DNA of 64,000 nucleotides from Polyangia bacterium (GTDB lineage Bacteria; Myxococcota_A; Polyangia; JAAYKL01): NCBI GenBank assembly GCA_050287845.1, contig JBNKCR010000030.1, positions 1 to 64,000 of the forward strand, read 5' to 3'. Shown piece by piece: positions 19,643 to 29,208 of this stretch (position 1 is its first letter; each line of letters starts with the position of its first letter). The notes under the pieces were generated by a model. It saw only the letters and a program-made list of their open reading frames with translations, ran no database searches and was not told where the DNA came from. The position numbers and the translations under genes were made by a program.

Positions 19643-20815
19643 ATGTTTATCAGAAATACAATATTCCTGGCGATTCTGGTCGCGCTTCAGTTCAGCCTGT
19701 ATGGCTGCAAGGACGATGACTCCCAGAATGGCGATTCCAGCGACAGCGACACCGATTCTGATTCCGATAGTGACACCGATTCGGACACGGATTCGGACAC
19801 GGATACCGATACAGACACCGATACAGACACCGATACAGACACCGACACCGACACCGACACGGATTCGGACAGTGACACCGACACGGACACCGACACGGAC
19901 ACGGATACCGATACGGACAGTGATTCTGATGCGGATGGTTCCTGCGAATATGAATGTCTGCCCCACTGCGTATCATGGGGCGGTACAACACAGGAAGGCA
20001 CCTGTGACGACGGTCTGCAATGCTGCGAAGGGGCAGAAGAGCCCGACACCGCCACGGATACCGGCAATGACACCGGCGACGATACCGGCTCTGAAACCGT
20101 GGATTCAGAAACCATCGAAGATACCGGCTCCGAAACCGAAGATACCGACACGACGCCCCCCCGCATCTGCATCCTCCCGCTTGGGGATTCGATTACACAG
20201 TCGGATAACGCACATGTGAGTTATCGATATCCACTTTGGGAAAAGCTAATCCAGGCCGGGCGAGCGTTCGACTTTGTTGGCTCGATTCAGGGTGGATATA
20301 ACGGTATGCCCAATTATCCGGATAATAATTTTGATAAAGACCATGAAGGACACTGGGGATGGCGTGCTGATGAAATACTGAACAAAGGCGGCAACAATCT
20401 CTCAATCTGGTTGCAATCCTACACCCCCGACGTGGCCCTGATTCACCTGGGCACCAACGATGCGTTTCAAAACAATTCCACCGACAGTACAATTCAGGAA
20501 CTCCAACAAATCATTTCCATGTTGAGAGGCGACAATGAAAAAGTGGTTATCCTTCTGGCCAGACTGATACCTGCTGGTCAGAGCCAACAGAACCTGGACG
20601 CAATCAATAGTCAACTGGATGGATTGGCGGGAGAATTATCCACCGACATTTCGCCTGTAGTCATTGTCGATCAGGCTACCGGTTTTGATGCATATGGCGA
20701 CACCTGGAGCGATAATATCCACCCCAATGAAAGCGGTGAAGAAAAAATGGCCACGAAGTGGTTTGACGCCCTCATTGCCAACTGGCCCACCGAAGGCGGC
20801 GAATGCGCGCAGTAA
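19643..20815 (+). CDS. Lipoprotein SGNH/GDSL esterase (CE3-like) with DS/DT linker and six-Cys module
   Basis: PLGDSIT, HEGHWGW, HLGTND, DNIHPN; lipobox LYGC; AAAGGA RBS. Confidence 0.9.
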   Translation: MFIRNTIFLAILVALQFSLYGCKDDDSQNGDSSDSDTDSDSDSDTDSDTDSDTDTDTDTDTDTDTDTDTDTDTDSDSDTDTDTDTDTDTDTDSDSDADGSCEYECLPHCVSWGGTTQEGTCDDGLQCCEGAEEPDTATDTGNDTGDDTGSETVDSETIEDTGSETEDTDTTPPRICILPLGDSITQSDNAHVSYRYPLWEKLIQAGRAFDFVGSIQGGYNGMPNYPDNNFDKDHEGHWGWRADEILNKGGNNLSIWLQSYTPDVALIHLGTNDAFQNNSTDSTIQELQQIISMLRGDNEKVVILLARLIPAGQSQQNLDAINSQLDGLAGELSTDISPVVIVDQATGFDAYGDTWSDNIHPNESGEEKMATKWFDALIANWPTEGGECAQ

Positions 20816-21215
20816 GACAATCGCTTCCTGAATTCTTCACTGTGGTTCGCGGAATTGACAGATGTTGGCGGATGTGGCTTAATTGGTGCCGGTACCTGGT
20901 TCGCCTGCCCCCTTGTGAGGACAATTGCATGAGATTACGAAATAGTGCACCCGGGTGCAAATTCTGAAACACAAAGGCCGCTAGATATCATAAGTGCTTA
21001 TTATTATTGAGCTTTATAAGTGTTCATCATTAAATCAAAACATGATACAACATACACAGTTGTGTATCTGAGGGTACTCCGTCCATTCTCCTTCTGCAGA
21101 GCTGGCGCTCTGTGCTCCCGGGAAAAAATGGCACTCGATTGCCCTGCTTCTCCCCACCTACCGAGTTGCTCTCTGATGAACATGGATGTAGGCTAAGAGG
21201 ATTGAAAAAGGAGCG

Positions 21216-22907
21216 ATGACAGTCATGACGCCTGTAGCCGTACTGGCAGTGGAAACCGCCAATCAGACCCGACATATCACCCCACCGGCCACCGGACTGA
21301 CCATTGGCAGTTCGAAAACCAGTGGGCTTCAAATTCCGGACAGCAATGTTCTGCCGGAGCACGCCCGTCTGTACAAAGACCCGTTTGGCCGGTGGATTAT
21401 CGAATCAATCGATAAAGCGGGTCGCATCAACGTGAATGGCAGTGTGGGAAATACGTTTTCGATAAATTCCGGAGATCGGATTCGCATTGGCATCAGCACT
21501 CTGCGGCTCATTGAAACGGAGCAACCCAGTATCATTCCCAACGCGGTGGTAACCGCTCCTGTCACGTTTGCCGACGCGGGCGAACGTCAGACGTTGACGA
21601 ATGAAGACGAATGCTACGCGGAGTTTTCAAGGAGTCATCTCGAAGAACTCGACCGCATCGCCGATTGTCTGGCCAGTCTCACCGAAGCACAGGCCCTTTA
21701 TCCTGTGGTATGCAACCATCTCAGCGACACCGTTGACACTGTGGCGCTGGTCGTGAAGGTGCCCAAAGGGACCGAGCCGGTCAACCAGTCCCGGATACTG
21801 TGTCAGCGCGGCAAGCTGATTCAGCCCTACAGCTCTGTCAGTGCCGGTAGCCCCCGCACGCTTCAGAATGTGCGGTTGTCCCAGACTGTGCTCGATTCCG
21901 TGCGGCAGAAAAAGGCCGCATTTCTCGCCACCTCCGCCCCGGACGTGGATGGACCGAATGACGCCAGATTATCGTTCATTGGAGATATGCCCCCCAGAAT
22001 GGTGCTGGCAGCGCCCATTGCCGAAACGTCCACCGGCATTGACATTCTGTATGTGGACCAACCCGCCATGTCGTTTCGCACCGATGCGCTGGGGTTCTTC
22101 GCGGTGGTGGCCCGCATGATCAGCCTGAGTCGCAAAAGCCTTATCATGGCGGAGTACAAGGCGGAGCGAACAGCCCTCAACAATCAGTTGAGTACGGCTC
22201 TTGAAATTCAATCGAACCTGATGCCCAGATCGCTCAACCTTTTTGATGAGGTGGAGGTTGCCCTGTATTACAAGCCGGCCGGATGGGTGGGAGGCGATTA
22301 CTGCGATCTGGTGAGAACCACCGACGACCGGTTGATGTTCGCGGTGGGTGATGTGTCCGGTAAAGGAATGCCCGCCGCCATGATGATGGCCAATGTGCAC
22401 TCCATGATTCGCTCGATGGTATTGTTCAGCAATTCCCCCACCGAGATTGTGCAGAAAATGAACTCCATGCTCTGCGATACCCTGCTGGACCGGATGTTCA
22501 TCACGCTGCTGCTTTGCTTTCTCAATCCGCGCACCGGTGAAGTGGAATATGTGAATGCCGGCCACGAGCTGCCGCTGCTGATCTCATCAGACGACGGTTC
22601 GGTAAAAGTGCTGGGTTCCCCGACAAACATGCCCCTTGGCATCCAGCACAACCGGTTTGAATCCCAGTTCACCACACTGACGCCCGGTGATGGTCTGATG
22701 CTGATCAGCGATGGCGTGCCGGACACCTTCTCCTCCGGTGACGAAAAATTCGGGTACGATCGGCTGCTGCAATCCGTTGGGGGCATGTCCAGACAATCCT
22801 GCGATAAGATCGTGCAGAATGTGGTTTCGTCCATCAACGGTTTCCGGCAAAGCCACCCGCAGGGAGACGACATCACCATGCTGGCTCTCCGATGGAAACG
22901 AGCCTGA
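21216..22907 (+). CDS. FHA + GAF-like + SpoIIE/PP2C Ser/Thr phosphatase
   Basis: N-terminal FHA-like region; VGGDY, GDVSGKG, NAGH, SDG, DDIT motifs; AAGGAG RBS. Confidence 0.9.
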   Translation: MTVMTPVAVLAVETANQTRHITPPATGLTIGSSKTSGLQIPDSNVLPEHARLYKDPFGRWIIESIDKAGRINVNGSVGNTFSINSGDRIRIGISTLRLIETEQPSIIPNAVVTAPVTFADAGERQTLTNEDECYAEFSRSHLEELDRIADCLASLTEAQALYPVVCNHLSDTVDTVALVVKVPKGTEPVNQSRILCQRGKLIQPYSSVSAGSPRTLQNVRLSQTVLDSVRQKKAAFLATSAPDVDGPNDARLSFIGDMPPRMVLAAPIAETSTGIDILYVDQPAMSFRTDALGFFAVVARMISLSRKSLIMAEYKAERTALNNQLSTALEIQSNLMPRSLNLFDEVEVALYYKPAGWVGGDYCDLVRTTDDRLMFAVGDVSGKGMPAAMMMANVHSMIRSMVLFSNSPTEIVQKMNSMLCDTLLDRMFITLLLCFLNPRTGEVEYVNAGHELPLLISSDDGSVKVLGSPTNMPLGIQHNRFESQFTTLTPGDGLMLISDGVPDTFSSGDEKFGYDRLLQSVGGMSRQSCDKIVQNVVSSINGFRQSHPQGDDITMLALRWKRA

Positions 22908-23125
22908 TGTGACGTGTCGAATACTCGTCGCGGTACATCGAATCTTCTGAAAAAAAATTCACGCTCCGACGCACCCACTGTATTTTTTTCACCAATCCAT
23001 ATCCACAAATGAAATTCCGTTCATTTTCGTTAGATATTAAATAGTGAAAATAGTATGGAATAGGCATCAATGACATGTTGACAAAACTGATTTTGCGAAA
23101 ATTCATAACGGCTGAATTTCCATCT

Positions 23126-23767
23126 ATGACTTTACTCATCGAAAATCGAAATCTTCTTAATTCTTTCAGACAGGGAGATCCTGATTCGCTGGCTACAGTT
23201 TATCATACCTATTCCGACACTGTTCTTTCCCTTCTGCAAAGGGGCTTCACCGGAAATCACAAGGGAAGTTTCATCAGAGGCGTACCAGATATCAACGTGC
23301 GTCTCGACCTGCTTCAGGACATTTTTTTAAAAGCATTCTCAAGGAGCGCCAGAGAATCCTACGATGGCATTCGACCCTATCGCGCTTTTCTGGTGACCAT
23401 CGCCCGCAACCGAATGATAGATTACTGGCGCGCTCAGACCCGGGATCCGATTGCCGCTGTTCATGGCCATTCACAGGAATACCACGATGCGCTTCTCGAC
23501 AACATTCATCAGACAGAAAATGAAACTGGCACCGACGAGGAGGACCGCATTTACTGGCAACAATGTCTGGAAGCATCGGACGAATTTGTGACAACCCAGA
23601 ACGAACGAACGCGGCGGTTTATCTCGCTCCGATTCAGAGAGGAGTTACCACTGCTTGAGGTGGCCAGGCAACTGAACATCTCCCGGTGGAGAGCGCGTTC
23701 ACTGGAAAAAAAACTTCAGCAGAATCTGGAGAAGCACTTGCGCAAGAAAGGATTGTTGCCGCAATGA
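23126..23767 (+). CDS. ECF-type sigma-70 factor
   Basis: DLLQDIFLKAF and FLVTIARNRMIDYWR (region 2), C-terminal HTH (region 4); about 213 aa. Confidence 0.9.
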   Translation: MTLLIENRNLLNSFRQGDPDSLATVYHTYSDTVLSLLQRGFTGNHKGSFIRGVPDINVRLDLLQDIFLKAFSRSARESYDGIRPYRAFLVTIARNRMIDYWRAQTRDPIAAVHGHSQEYHDALLDNIHQTENETGTDEEDRIYWQQCLEASDEFVTTQNERTRRFISLRFREELPLLEVARQLNISRWRARSLEKKLQQNLEKHLRKKGLLPQ

Positions 23768-23842
23768 ATTGCACTCGGAACTGTTTCGGGAAAAAGCCAT
23801 CATGGTCCATGAAAAACAAAATGCGTACAACAACTTTTTTTA

Positions 23843-23869
23843 CCGCCAACATTGGGCGTAGGTTCGTAG
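23843..23869 (+). promoter_or_regulatory. Putative ECF promoter, copy 1 (CCGCCA-N16-CGTAG)
   Basis: Same motif and spacing recur at 28686-28712; both follow a T-tract. Confidence 0.6.
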
Positions 23870-23891
23870 TACCTATTGATCGGGAAGTGTC

Positions 23892-24635
23892 ATGAAAAAA
23901 GACGTGGAAAAATTCGGCGGATTAAATCGGCGTTCCCGACAGAAAACCCCTGCGCACAAATATTTTGCCGCGCGTCTGCTTTCACAAAAGAATAATGAGA
24001 CCATATTGGAAAAGGAGCTGATCCTGAAAAATGTGATGCAGCAATTGCCCCAAATCGATGGGGCGCGGACTGAACTTCAGACAATGCATGGATTCAACCG
24101 AATTCGCAAACTGGCAGCCATCGGGGTTGTGATGGCGGTGTGTGCGTTGGGACTCTTTTCCTGGCTGCGTTTCAGCGACAGAACCGAAAAACCGGAATTC
24201 ACTGCAAAAGGGGATGGAACTTCTTCATCTTTTTTTGAAGTTCATTGTCTGAATAGCGACAACCACTCCGGTTGTGTTCCCGGAAGCAGATTGACTATTT
24301 CATTCGTTCGTCTCGCTGCAGATTCCTTTTTCTCAGCTTTTGCCATCCGCGAATCCGATGGTCTTACAATATGGATGTTTCCGGCACAGAAGAACGAGAG
24401 CAGTACGGCCGTTTCACGACAGGTCAAGACGCTGCCCGACGCCATTGTCCTTGATGACCTGTATCCTCCGGGAATGTACGAAATTTATGGCATCCTCAGC
24501 GACCATGCCCTGACAAGACTGGAGATCAAGTCACTGGTATTGACGGGCGCAAATCAGGAAACGGAAAAAACGACAACAGGAGACAATTCGACAACCAGCA
24601 TTTCCCGGGTGAAGATTCATGTGGAAAAGCCGTAG
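23892..24635 (+). CDS. Single-pass membrane anti-sigma-like protein (ActD/DUF4384-like extracytoplasmic domain)
   Basis: Directly after the ECF gene; ~70-aa N-terminal part, TM helix LAAIGVVMAVCALGLFSWL, then FTAKG and a beta-rich domain. Confidence 0.65.
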   Translation: MKKDVEKFGGLNRRSRQKTPAHKYFAARLLSQKNNETILEKELILKNVMQQLPQIDGARTELQTMHGFNRIRKLAAIGVVMAVCALGLFSWLRFSDRTEKPEFTAKGDGTSSSFFEVHCLNSDNHSGCVPGSRLTISFVRLAADSFFSAFAIRESDGLTIWMFPAQKNESSTAVSRQVKTLPDAIVLDDLYPPGMYEIYGILSDHALTRLEIKSLVLTGANQETEKTTTGDNSTTSISRVKIHVEKP

Positions 24636-24657
24636 CACACACAAAATCACCACCACA

Positions 24658-26307
24658 ATGAGTCAGACACAAATGTTTTTGTGCCTGTCTGTGCTTTGTC
24701 TTGTATGTTTGAATGCGGCAACAGGCAATGCAGCCCGAAAAGAACACCGTTATGCGGTTGTGATAGGTAATAATTCACCGTCCAGCGAGCAGCGGGATAC
24801 CCTTCACCCACTGCGCTATGCGGATGATGATGCGATTCGTATGTATCAGTTTTTTTCCAGAATTGCGTCAGAAGTCTGGCTTCTGACGGTAGCCGATCAG
24901 CCGACCCAACGCCGATTTTCCGATATTGTTGATAAAACCGAAATTCCCACGTTAAAAAATTTAATGAATGCAGTAGAGTCGCTGAAAAAAAGAATTGCCG
25001 GTGATAATGTGTCGGGAATCAAATCAACAGTATATCTGTACTTCAGTGGTCACGGCGCTCATGACAGCGAAGGTGTTCCTGGACTGGTGTTCACAGACGG
25101 GCATTTAACCCGGGATGTACTGTATTCGCAAATCATCGACAACCTCAACGCCGACTTCGTTCATCTGTTGATAGACGCCTGCTATGCCGAGGGCGTCGTT
25201 GGCAGTCGTGGTCTGTTTGACAAAGAAGCGGATGCCACGCAGGTCGTTCTTTCGCCGGAAGAACAGTTGGCAGTCACGCCCACAGATCCATCCCGATATC
25301 CTGGACTGGGACTGTTTGTGTCATCGTCCGCTACCCGACAGTCCCACGAATGGTCCAGACTGGAATCCGGCGTGTTTACCCATGTGGTACTCTCTGGATT
25401 GTCCGGTCTGGCTGACATCAATGGCGATGGAGAAATCGCGTACAGTGAACTGTATGCATTCACTGCAGCGGCAAACCGTTCCGTCGAGAAGGAACTTGCG
25501 AGAGTAGATGTGGTGGCGACTCCCCCCACCCGGGATCAGAACGAACCAATTGTAGATATTTCCAGTATTGCTCACGCCGCATTCTTATTCGGAGATATGT
25601 CCCGGCTAGGCCATTTTTATGTGGAACTGGAAAATGGTCTGCGATACGCCGAGGGTCACCTGCGGGACATCGCCAACACGCGTTTATGGGTGCCAGCCAA
25701 TCAGAGAGTATTCATCTATACTGAAGAAACAGAGACAGAGGTAACTCTGGCTGCGAATCAGCAGTACCAAATTGATGATATGACTTTTTCACCGAGAGAG
25801 ATTGCGGCCAAAGGCAGCATTGAGGCTGCGTTGGCCAGAGGATTATTTTCGTCTGTATATAGTCCGGAATACTATGGGGGTATCGTTGACAGCAGCGATC
25901 TTATCCCTGTGCCGTTCCTCCCGTCCCCTCCGGAAAATGTGCTGTTGGGCACAAATGAAATCAACTCGACGCACAGCGTGTCTGTCCGCAACAGAAAACG
26001 GTTGACGATATCACTGTTTTCCATTGCAGCAGTTGCCAGTGGACTGGCTACCACATTTGCCATCCTCAGCCTGCGCGCAAAAAATAAATACTTTAACACC
26101 ACAGTCGAACAGACGGAAAATCAGCAAAATACGGATTATCAGCGATACGGCACCGCTGCCTGGATTACCGGCGCGCTGGTACCTGTCGCCATTACTGCAG
26201 GCATTCTGTTGTGGCCCCGAAAAAAAACACTTGCCGCCCTACCGCCTATCTCTCTGAAAACGGATTTCAAAATGAATATCAGTATGAATGTTTCCGTGAA
26301 ATTCTAA
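24658..26307 (+). CDS. Exported caspase-family (C14, clan CD) protease with C-terminal hydrophobic helices
   Basis: Signal peptide; YAVVIGNN, LRYADDDA, YFSGHG (His at 25051), IDAC (Cys at 25180), EF-hand-like DINGDGEI. Confidence 0.9.
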   Translation: MSQTQMFLCLSVLCLVCLNAATGNAARKEHRYAVVIGNNSPSSEQRDTLHPLRYADDDAIRMYQFFSRIASEVWLLTVADQPTQRRFSDIVDKTEIPTLKNLMNAVESLKKRIAGDNVSGIKSTVYLYFSGHGAHDSEGVPGLVFTDGHLTRDVLYSQIIDNLNADFVHLLIDACYAEGVVGSRGLFDKEADATQVVLSPEEQLAVTPTDPSRYPGLGLFVSSSATRQSHEWSRLESGVFTHVVLSGLSGLADINGDGEIAYSELYAFTAAANRSVEKELARVDVVATPPTRDQNEPIVDISSIAHAAFLFGDMSRLGHFYVELENGLRYAEGHLRDIANTRLWVPANQRVFIYTEETETEVTLAANQQYQIDDMTFSPREIAAKGSIEAALARGLFSSVYSPEYYGGIVDSSDLIPVPFLPSPPENVLLGTNEINSTHSVSVRNRKRLTISLFSIAAVASGLATTFAILSLRAKNKYFNTTVEQTENQQNTDYQRYGTAAWITGALVPVAITAGILLWPRKKTLAALPPISLKTDFKMNISMNVSVKF

Positions 26308-26346
26308 TTGAACGAAAGGCTTGAACGAAAGGCTTGGAAACGTATC

Positions 26347-28635
26347 ATGCGCGCAAATAGAAAATATTGCCCCAAAAGCATAGTTCACTTACTATTAATT
26401 ATTTTCCTTGCATGCACGCTACCAACGTGCCGCCCCCTGGAAAAAAATAGAACGGATATTTCATCCACGGGTGACCAAACCCATCCGACAGCTACAAGTT
26501 CTGATATTACCTCAGAAGCAGATACCACTACAGACAGCAGTTCAGATTCACCTGCGGACTCCTATACCGGTGATACAATAGAGACGGACACGAATTCGGA
26601 CACCCAATCCAAAATGGAAGGGATTGTAGATACCATTACAGACACCAGCCCACCGACGGACACTCCGACGGAAACAGATACAATCACAGACAAAGTTACC
26701 GACGCTACTGATACAGATAGTAACCAGGAGAAATCTGACACGGATGCTGACACGGTTGAAAGTACCGATACTGACACTGTTCCAGATACCGATACTGATA
26801 CAGACACAGACACAGACTCAGACACAGACTCAGACTCAGACTCAGACTCAGACTCAGACACGGGTGCTTATGCGGATGTAGACACAGACTCAGATAGCGA
26901 TGTGGATATGGATACGGACACGGATACGGATACGGCTACGGATACGGAGAGCGAGTTCGATACAGACACAGGGTCAGAATCTGATTCTGAAAAACAGAAA
27001 GAGCCGGTAAAAAAAAATGTCGAGTTCTGTGTCACCCTGAATACGGAATTTCTGGATGACATCGGAATTGGGTATGACGATTACTGGAGCACCGATAACT
27101 ATTTTCGCATCGCTCGTGGGTTGGACATCAGTCTGCTGGATGATGATGACAGTAACCGGGAAGCGTATCGTCTTGATCTGGAAACCGGATGTGCAACACT
27201 TTCTGTTCAAGCGCGCAACAGCTTCACGGTGCGACTTCACGCGTCTGCACAAATCCGTGGTGCATACTTTAAATCTTACACATACAGGATGTTTTCCGAC
27301 GACCAACAAACAACAGATGGTCGTGCGGAGTATTTCATCAGTTCATACGACTATGTGTTTGATATCAACGCAATCGGAACGAATAAATCCGTCGCAGTGG
27401 ACTTATCATGGATTGAACCTGCGGATGAAACCGATTATGACGCGTTTGATGAGATGAACAGGCGTCAGTCGTGGCACAATCTGGCGGTTGGCATTTTCGC
27501 TATTTATCGCGGAACCGCAAAACTGGGCGACACAGGAAACAAGTTGGGGTGCACGGCAATCAGTCCGCCGGGTACGGAGAAAACGCCGTGCTGTGGATAT
27601 CGCTCGTGGAATGAAAGCGACGAACTGGACAGTACATGTAATCATGACAATATGGACCCCCTCACTATTGTATTTTATGTACCCAGTGGCAGGGATGATC
27701 AGGGCAACATTTACGATGTTGATTTTACGTCGACATGGATCAATTCCCCCATTCCGGAATTCGATAATCCTAAGTACAATTCCGTGGGAGATTTTGCAGA
27801 AATCCCTGCGGTTGGCGCCCACCGCAGGTTGAAGTTCAGAATTGCACATGAATTGGGACATGTCATCATCATGCAACGGATTGGTCGAAAAGAAGTTGTC
27901 GATAATACTGCCGATCTGGTTGACTGTATGGGCAGCTATCAGTCTAGCGCAGAGACGACGGACACAGACTGGTATCCCGCCGATATGGATGGCGCCAATG
28001 AGGTTCCGTTACTCTCCAGGGAATTCTCGGCAACTGCGGCGAGGGAAGGATGGGCAGATTTTTTTTCAGCATGGGTGTTCAACCGAGCGAACCCCACAGA
28101 CGTCGATTGTTGGATACGCGACTATGATGCCGGGCATGATTTCAATCTCGACGGCACTCCTGACAACTATTTTGGACCCTTCGATCCCGCAAATGGCGTT
28201 TTTTCCTGTCAGGGCGCCGGATTGGACAGTGGCGAGACTGTTTCGCCATCGACGTGGGTGACTGCAAGGGACTGGCTTCAGGATGCATATGAATCCGGAC
28301 AATGTGGTGGCATTCTTCGCATCTGCGACCCCGGAGAGGAACAATGGTATGATGCCGAAGCGAACGATGGCTGCTCGGTGGGGTACTATGGCAGAAGCAC
28401 CCGCTATGACTGGCTGCGCTACTTCTGGGATATGACTCACGATGAACTGATCGTTCGGCAGGCTATCTCAGATATATATGTCGATATGTGTCCTGTTGAC
28501 TGGGCCACCTCCACATGGGGGGTCACCGGTGATTCAGATTGGCCGGAAATAAGGCTATTGCGTTCTGCACAATTTCACGGACATGGCGAAGCTCATGCGA
28601 ACCAGTCATCGAATGGGGTAAACCATTATCAATGA
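26347..28635 (+). CDS. Putative lipoprotein gluzincin-type zinc metalloprotease with long D/T/S linker
   Basis: HELGH plus downstream EGWADF third-ligand motif; N-terminal hydrophobic stretch with Cys. Confidence 0.7.
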   Translation: MRANRKYCPKSIVHLLLIIFLACTLPTCRPLEKNRTDISSTGDQTHPTATSSDITSEADTTTDSSSDSPADSYTGDTIETDTNSDTQSKMEGIVDTITDTSPPTDTPTETDTITDKVTDATDTDSNQEKSDTDADTVESTDTDTVPDTDTDTDTDTDSDTDSDSDSDSDSDTGAYADVDTDSDSDVDMDTDTDTDTATDTESEFDTDTGSESDSEKQKEPVKKNVEFCVTLNTEFLDDIGIGYDDYWSTDNYFRIARGLDISLLDDDDSNREAYRLDLETGCATLSVQARNSFTVRLHASAQIRGAYFKSYTYRMFSDDQQTTDGRAEYFISSYDYVFDINAIGTNKSVAVDLSWIEPADETDYDAFDEMNRRQSWHNLAVGIFAIYRGTAKLGDTGNKLGCTAISPPGTEKTPCCGYRSWNESDELDSTCNHDNMDPLTIVFYVPSGRDDQGNIYDVDFTSTWINSPIPEFDNPKYNSVGDFAEIPAVGAHRRLKFRIAHELGHVIIMQRIGRKEVVDNTADLVDCMGSYQSSAETTDTDWYPADMDGANEVPLLSREFSATAAREGWADFFSAWVFNRANPTDVDCWIRDYDAGHDFNLDGTPDNYFGPFDPANGVFSCQGAGLDSGETVSPSTWVTARDWLQDAYESGQCGGILRICDPGEEQWYDAEANDGCSVGYYGRSTRYDWLRYFWDMTHDELIVRQAISDIYVDMCPVDWATSTWGVTGDSDWPEIRLLRSAQFHGHGEAHANQSSNGVNHYQ

Positions 28636-28685
28636 TCCCGCATCACATCAGATAATTTTTTTCTTTTAAAAAAATCAATTTTTTT

Positions 28686-28712
28686 CCGCCAAAGCGACTT
28701 TTGCCAACGTAG
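28686..28712 (+). promoter_or_regulatory. Putative ECF promoter, copy 2 (CCGCCA-N16-CGTAG)
   Basis: Matches 23843-23869; lies upstream of the gene at 28825. Confidence 0.6.
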
Positions 28713-28824
28713 GTATAGGCAACACGCAACAATTTACACTGGAATGGTTTCAGAGTGAGTTAAGTTGCAATCTCCGGTTGATTTGGCTGCGAATTGAGAT
28801 GCAGCGCACGAAGGGAAAACGAAA

Positions 28825-29175
28825 ATGACAAGAAAAAAAATGATCGCAATTATTGTAACAGCTATCACTGTACTGACAGTATCGACAATCGCATGGGCAG
28901 CTACAGCGGGGTTCTGCAATGGAGTCCCCACCGCAGTTCGTGCAGGATTCAAAGGTTCCGGCAAGACTGCACAAGGAGTTGTAATTGTCTCAGGACTGAA
29001 CAATCGCATGGGTTGTGCGAACAGTGAGGTTTGGTTCCATCCGAATTTCAGTGACACGGAGAAAATTCTGAGTCTGGCCACTGCTGCTCATCTATCCGGA
29101 AAAAAGCTGACCTGTTGGGTGTCCGGATGCAATTACAACTATCAGCAAGGGGCTGATTGCACAATTTCAAACTGA
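28825..29175 (+). CDS. Small secreted Cys-containing protein, possibly OB-fold / AB5 B-subunit-like
   Basis: Signal peptide ending AWA; mature about 90 aa with ILSLATAAHLSGKKLT helix-strand motif. Confidence 0.75.
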   Translation: MTRKKMIAIIVTAITVLTVSTIAWAATAGFCNGVPTAVRAGFKGSGKTAQGVVIVSGLNNRMGCANSEVWFHPNFSDTEKILSLATAAHLSGKKLTCWVSGCNYNYQQGADCTISN

Positions 29176-29208
29176 TATTGGGTTTCAAATTTAAAAAGGA
29201 GAAAACCA

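Noticed and set aside
14569..20000. Possible CRISPR array
   Set aside because: Repeats are degenerate 6-mers inside CDSs with no spacers; no cas genes seen.
23764..23895. 43-aa ORF overlapping both the sigma stop and the anti-sigma start by ATGA
   Set aside because: No motifs, and it spans the putative ECF promoter; probably non-coding, though not excluded.
26308..26336. 13-bp tandem repeat ttgaacgaaaggc
   Set aside because: Real but short; most simply slippage, with no functional evidence.
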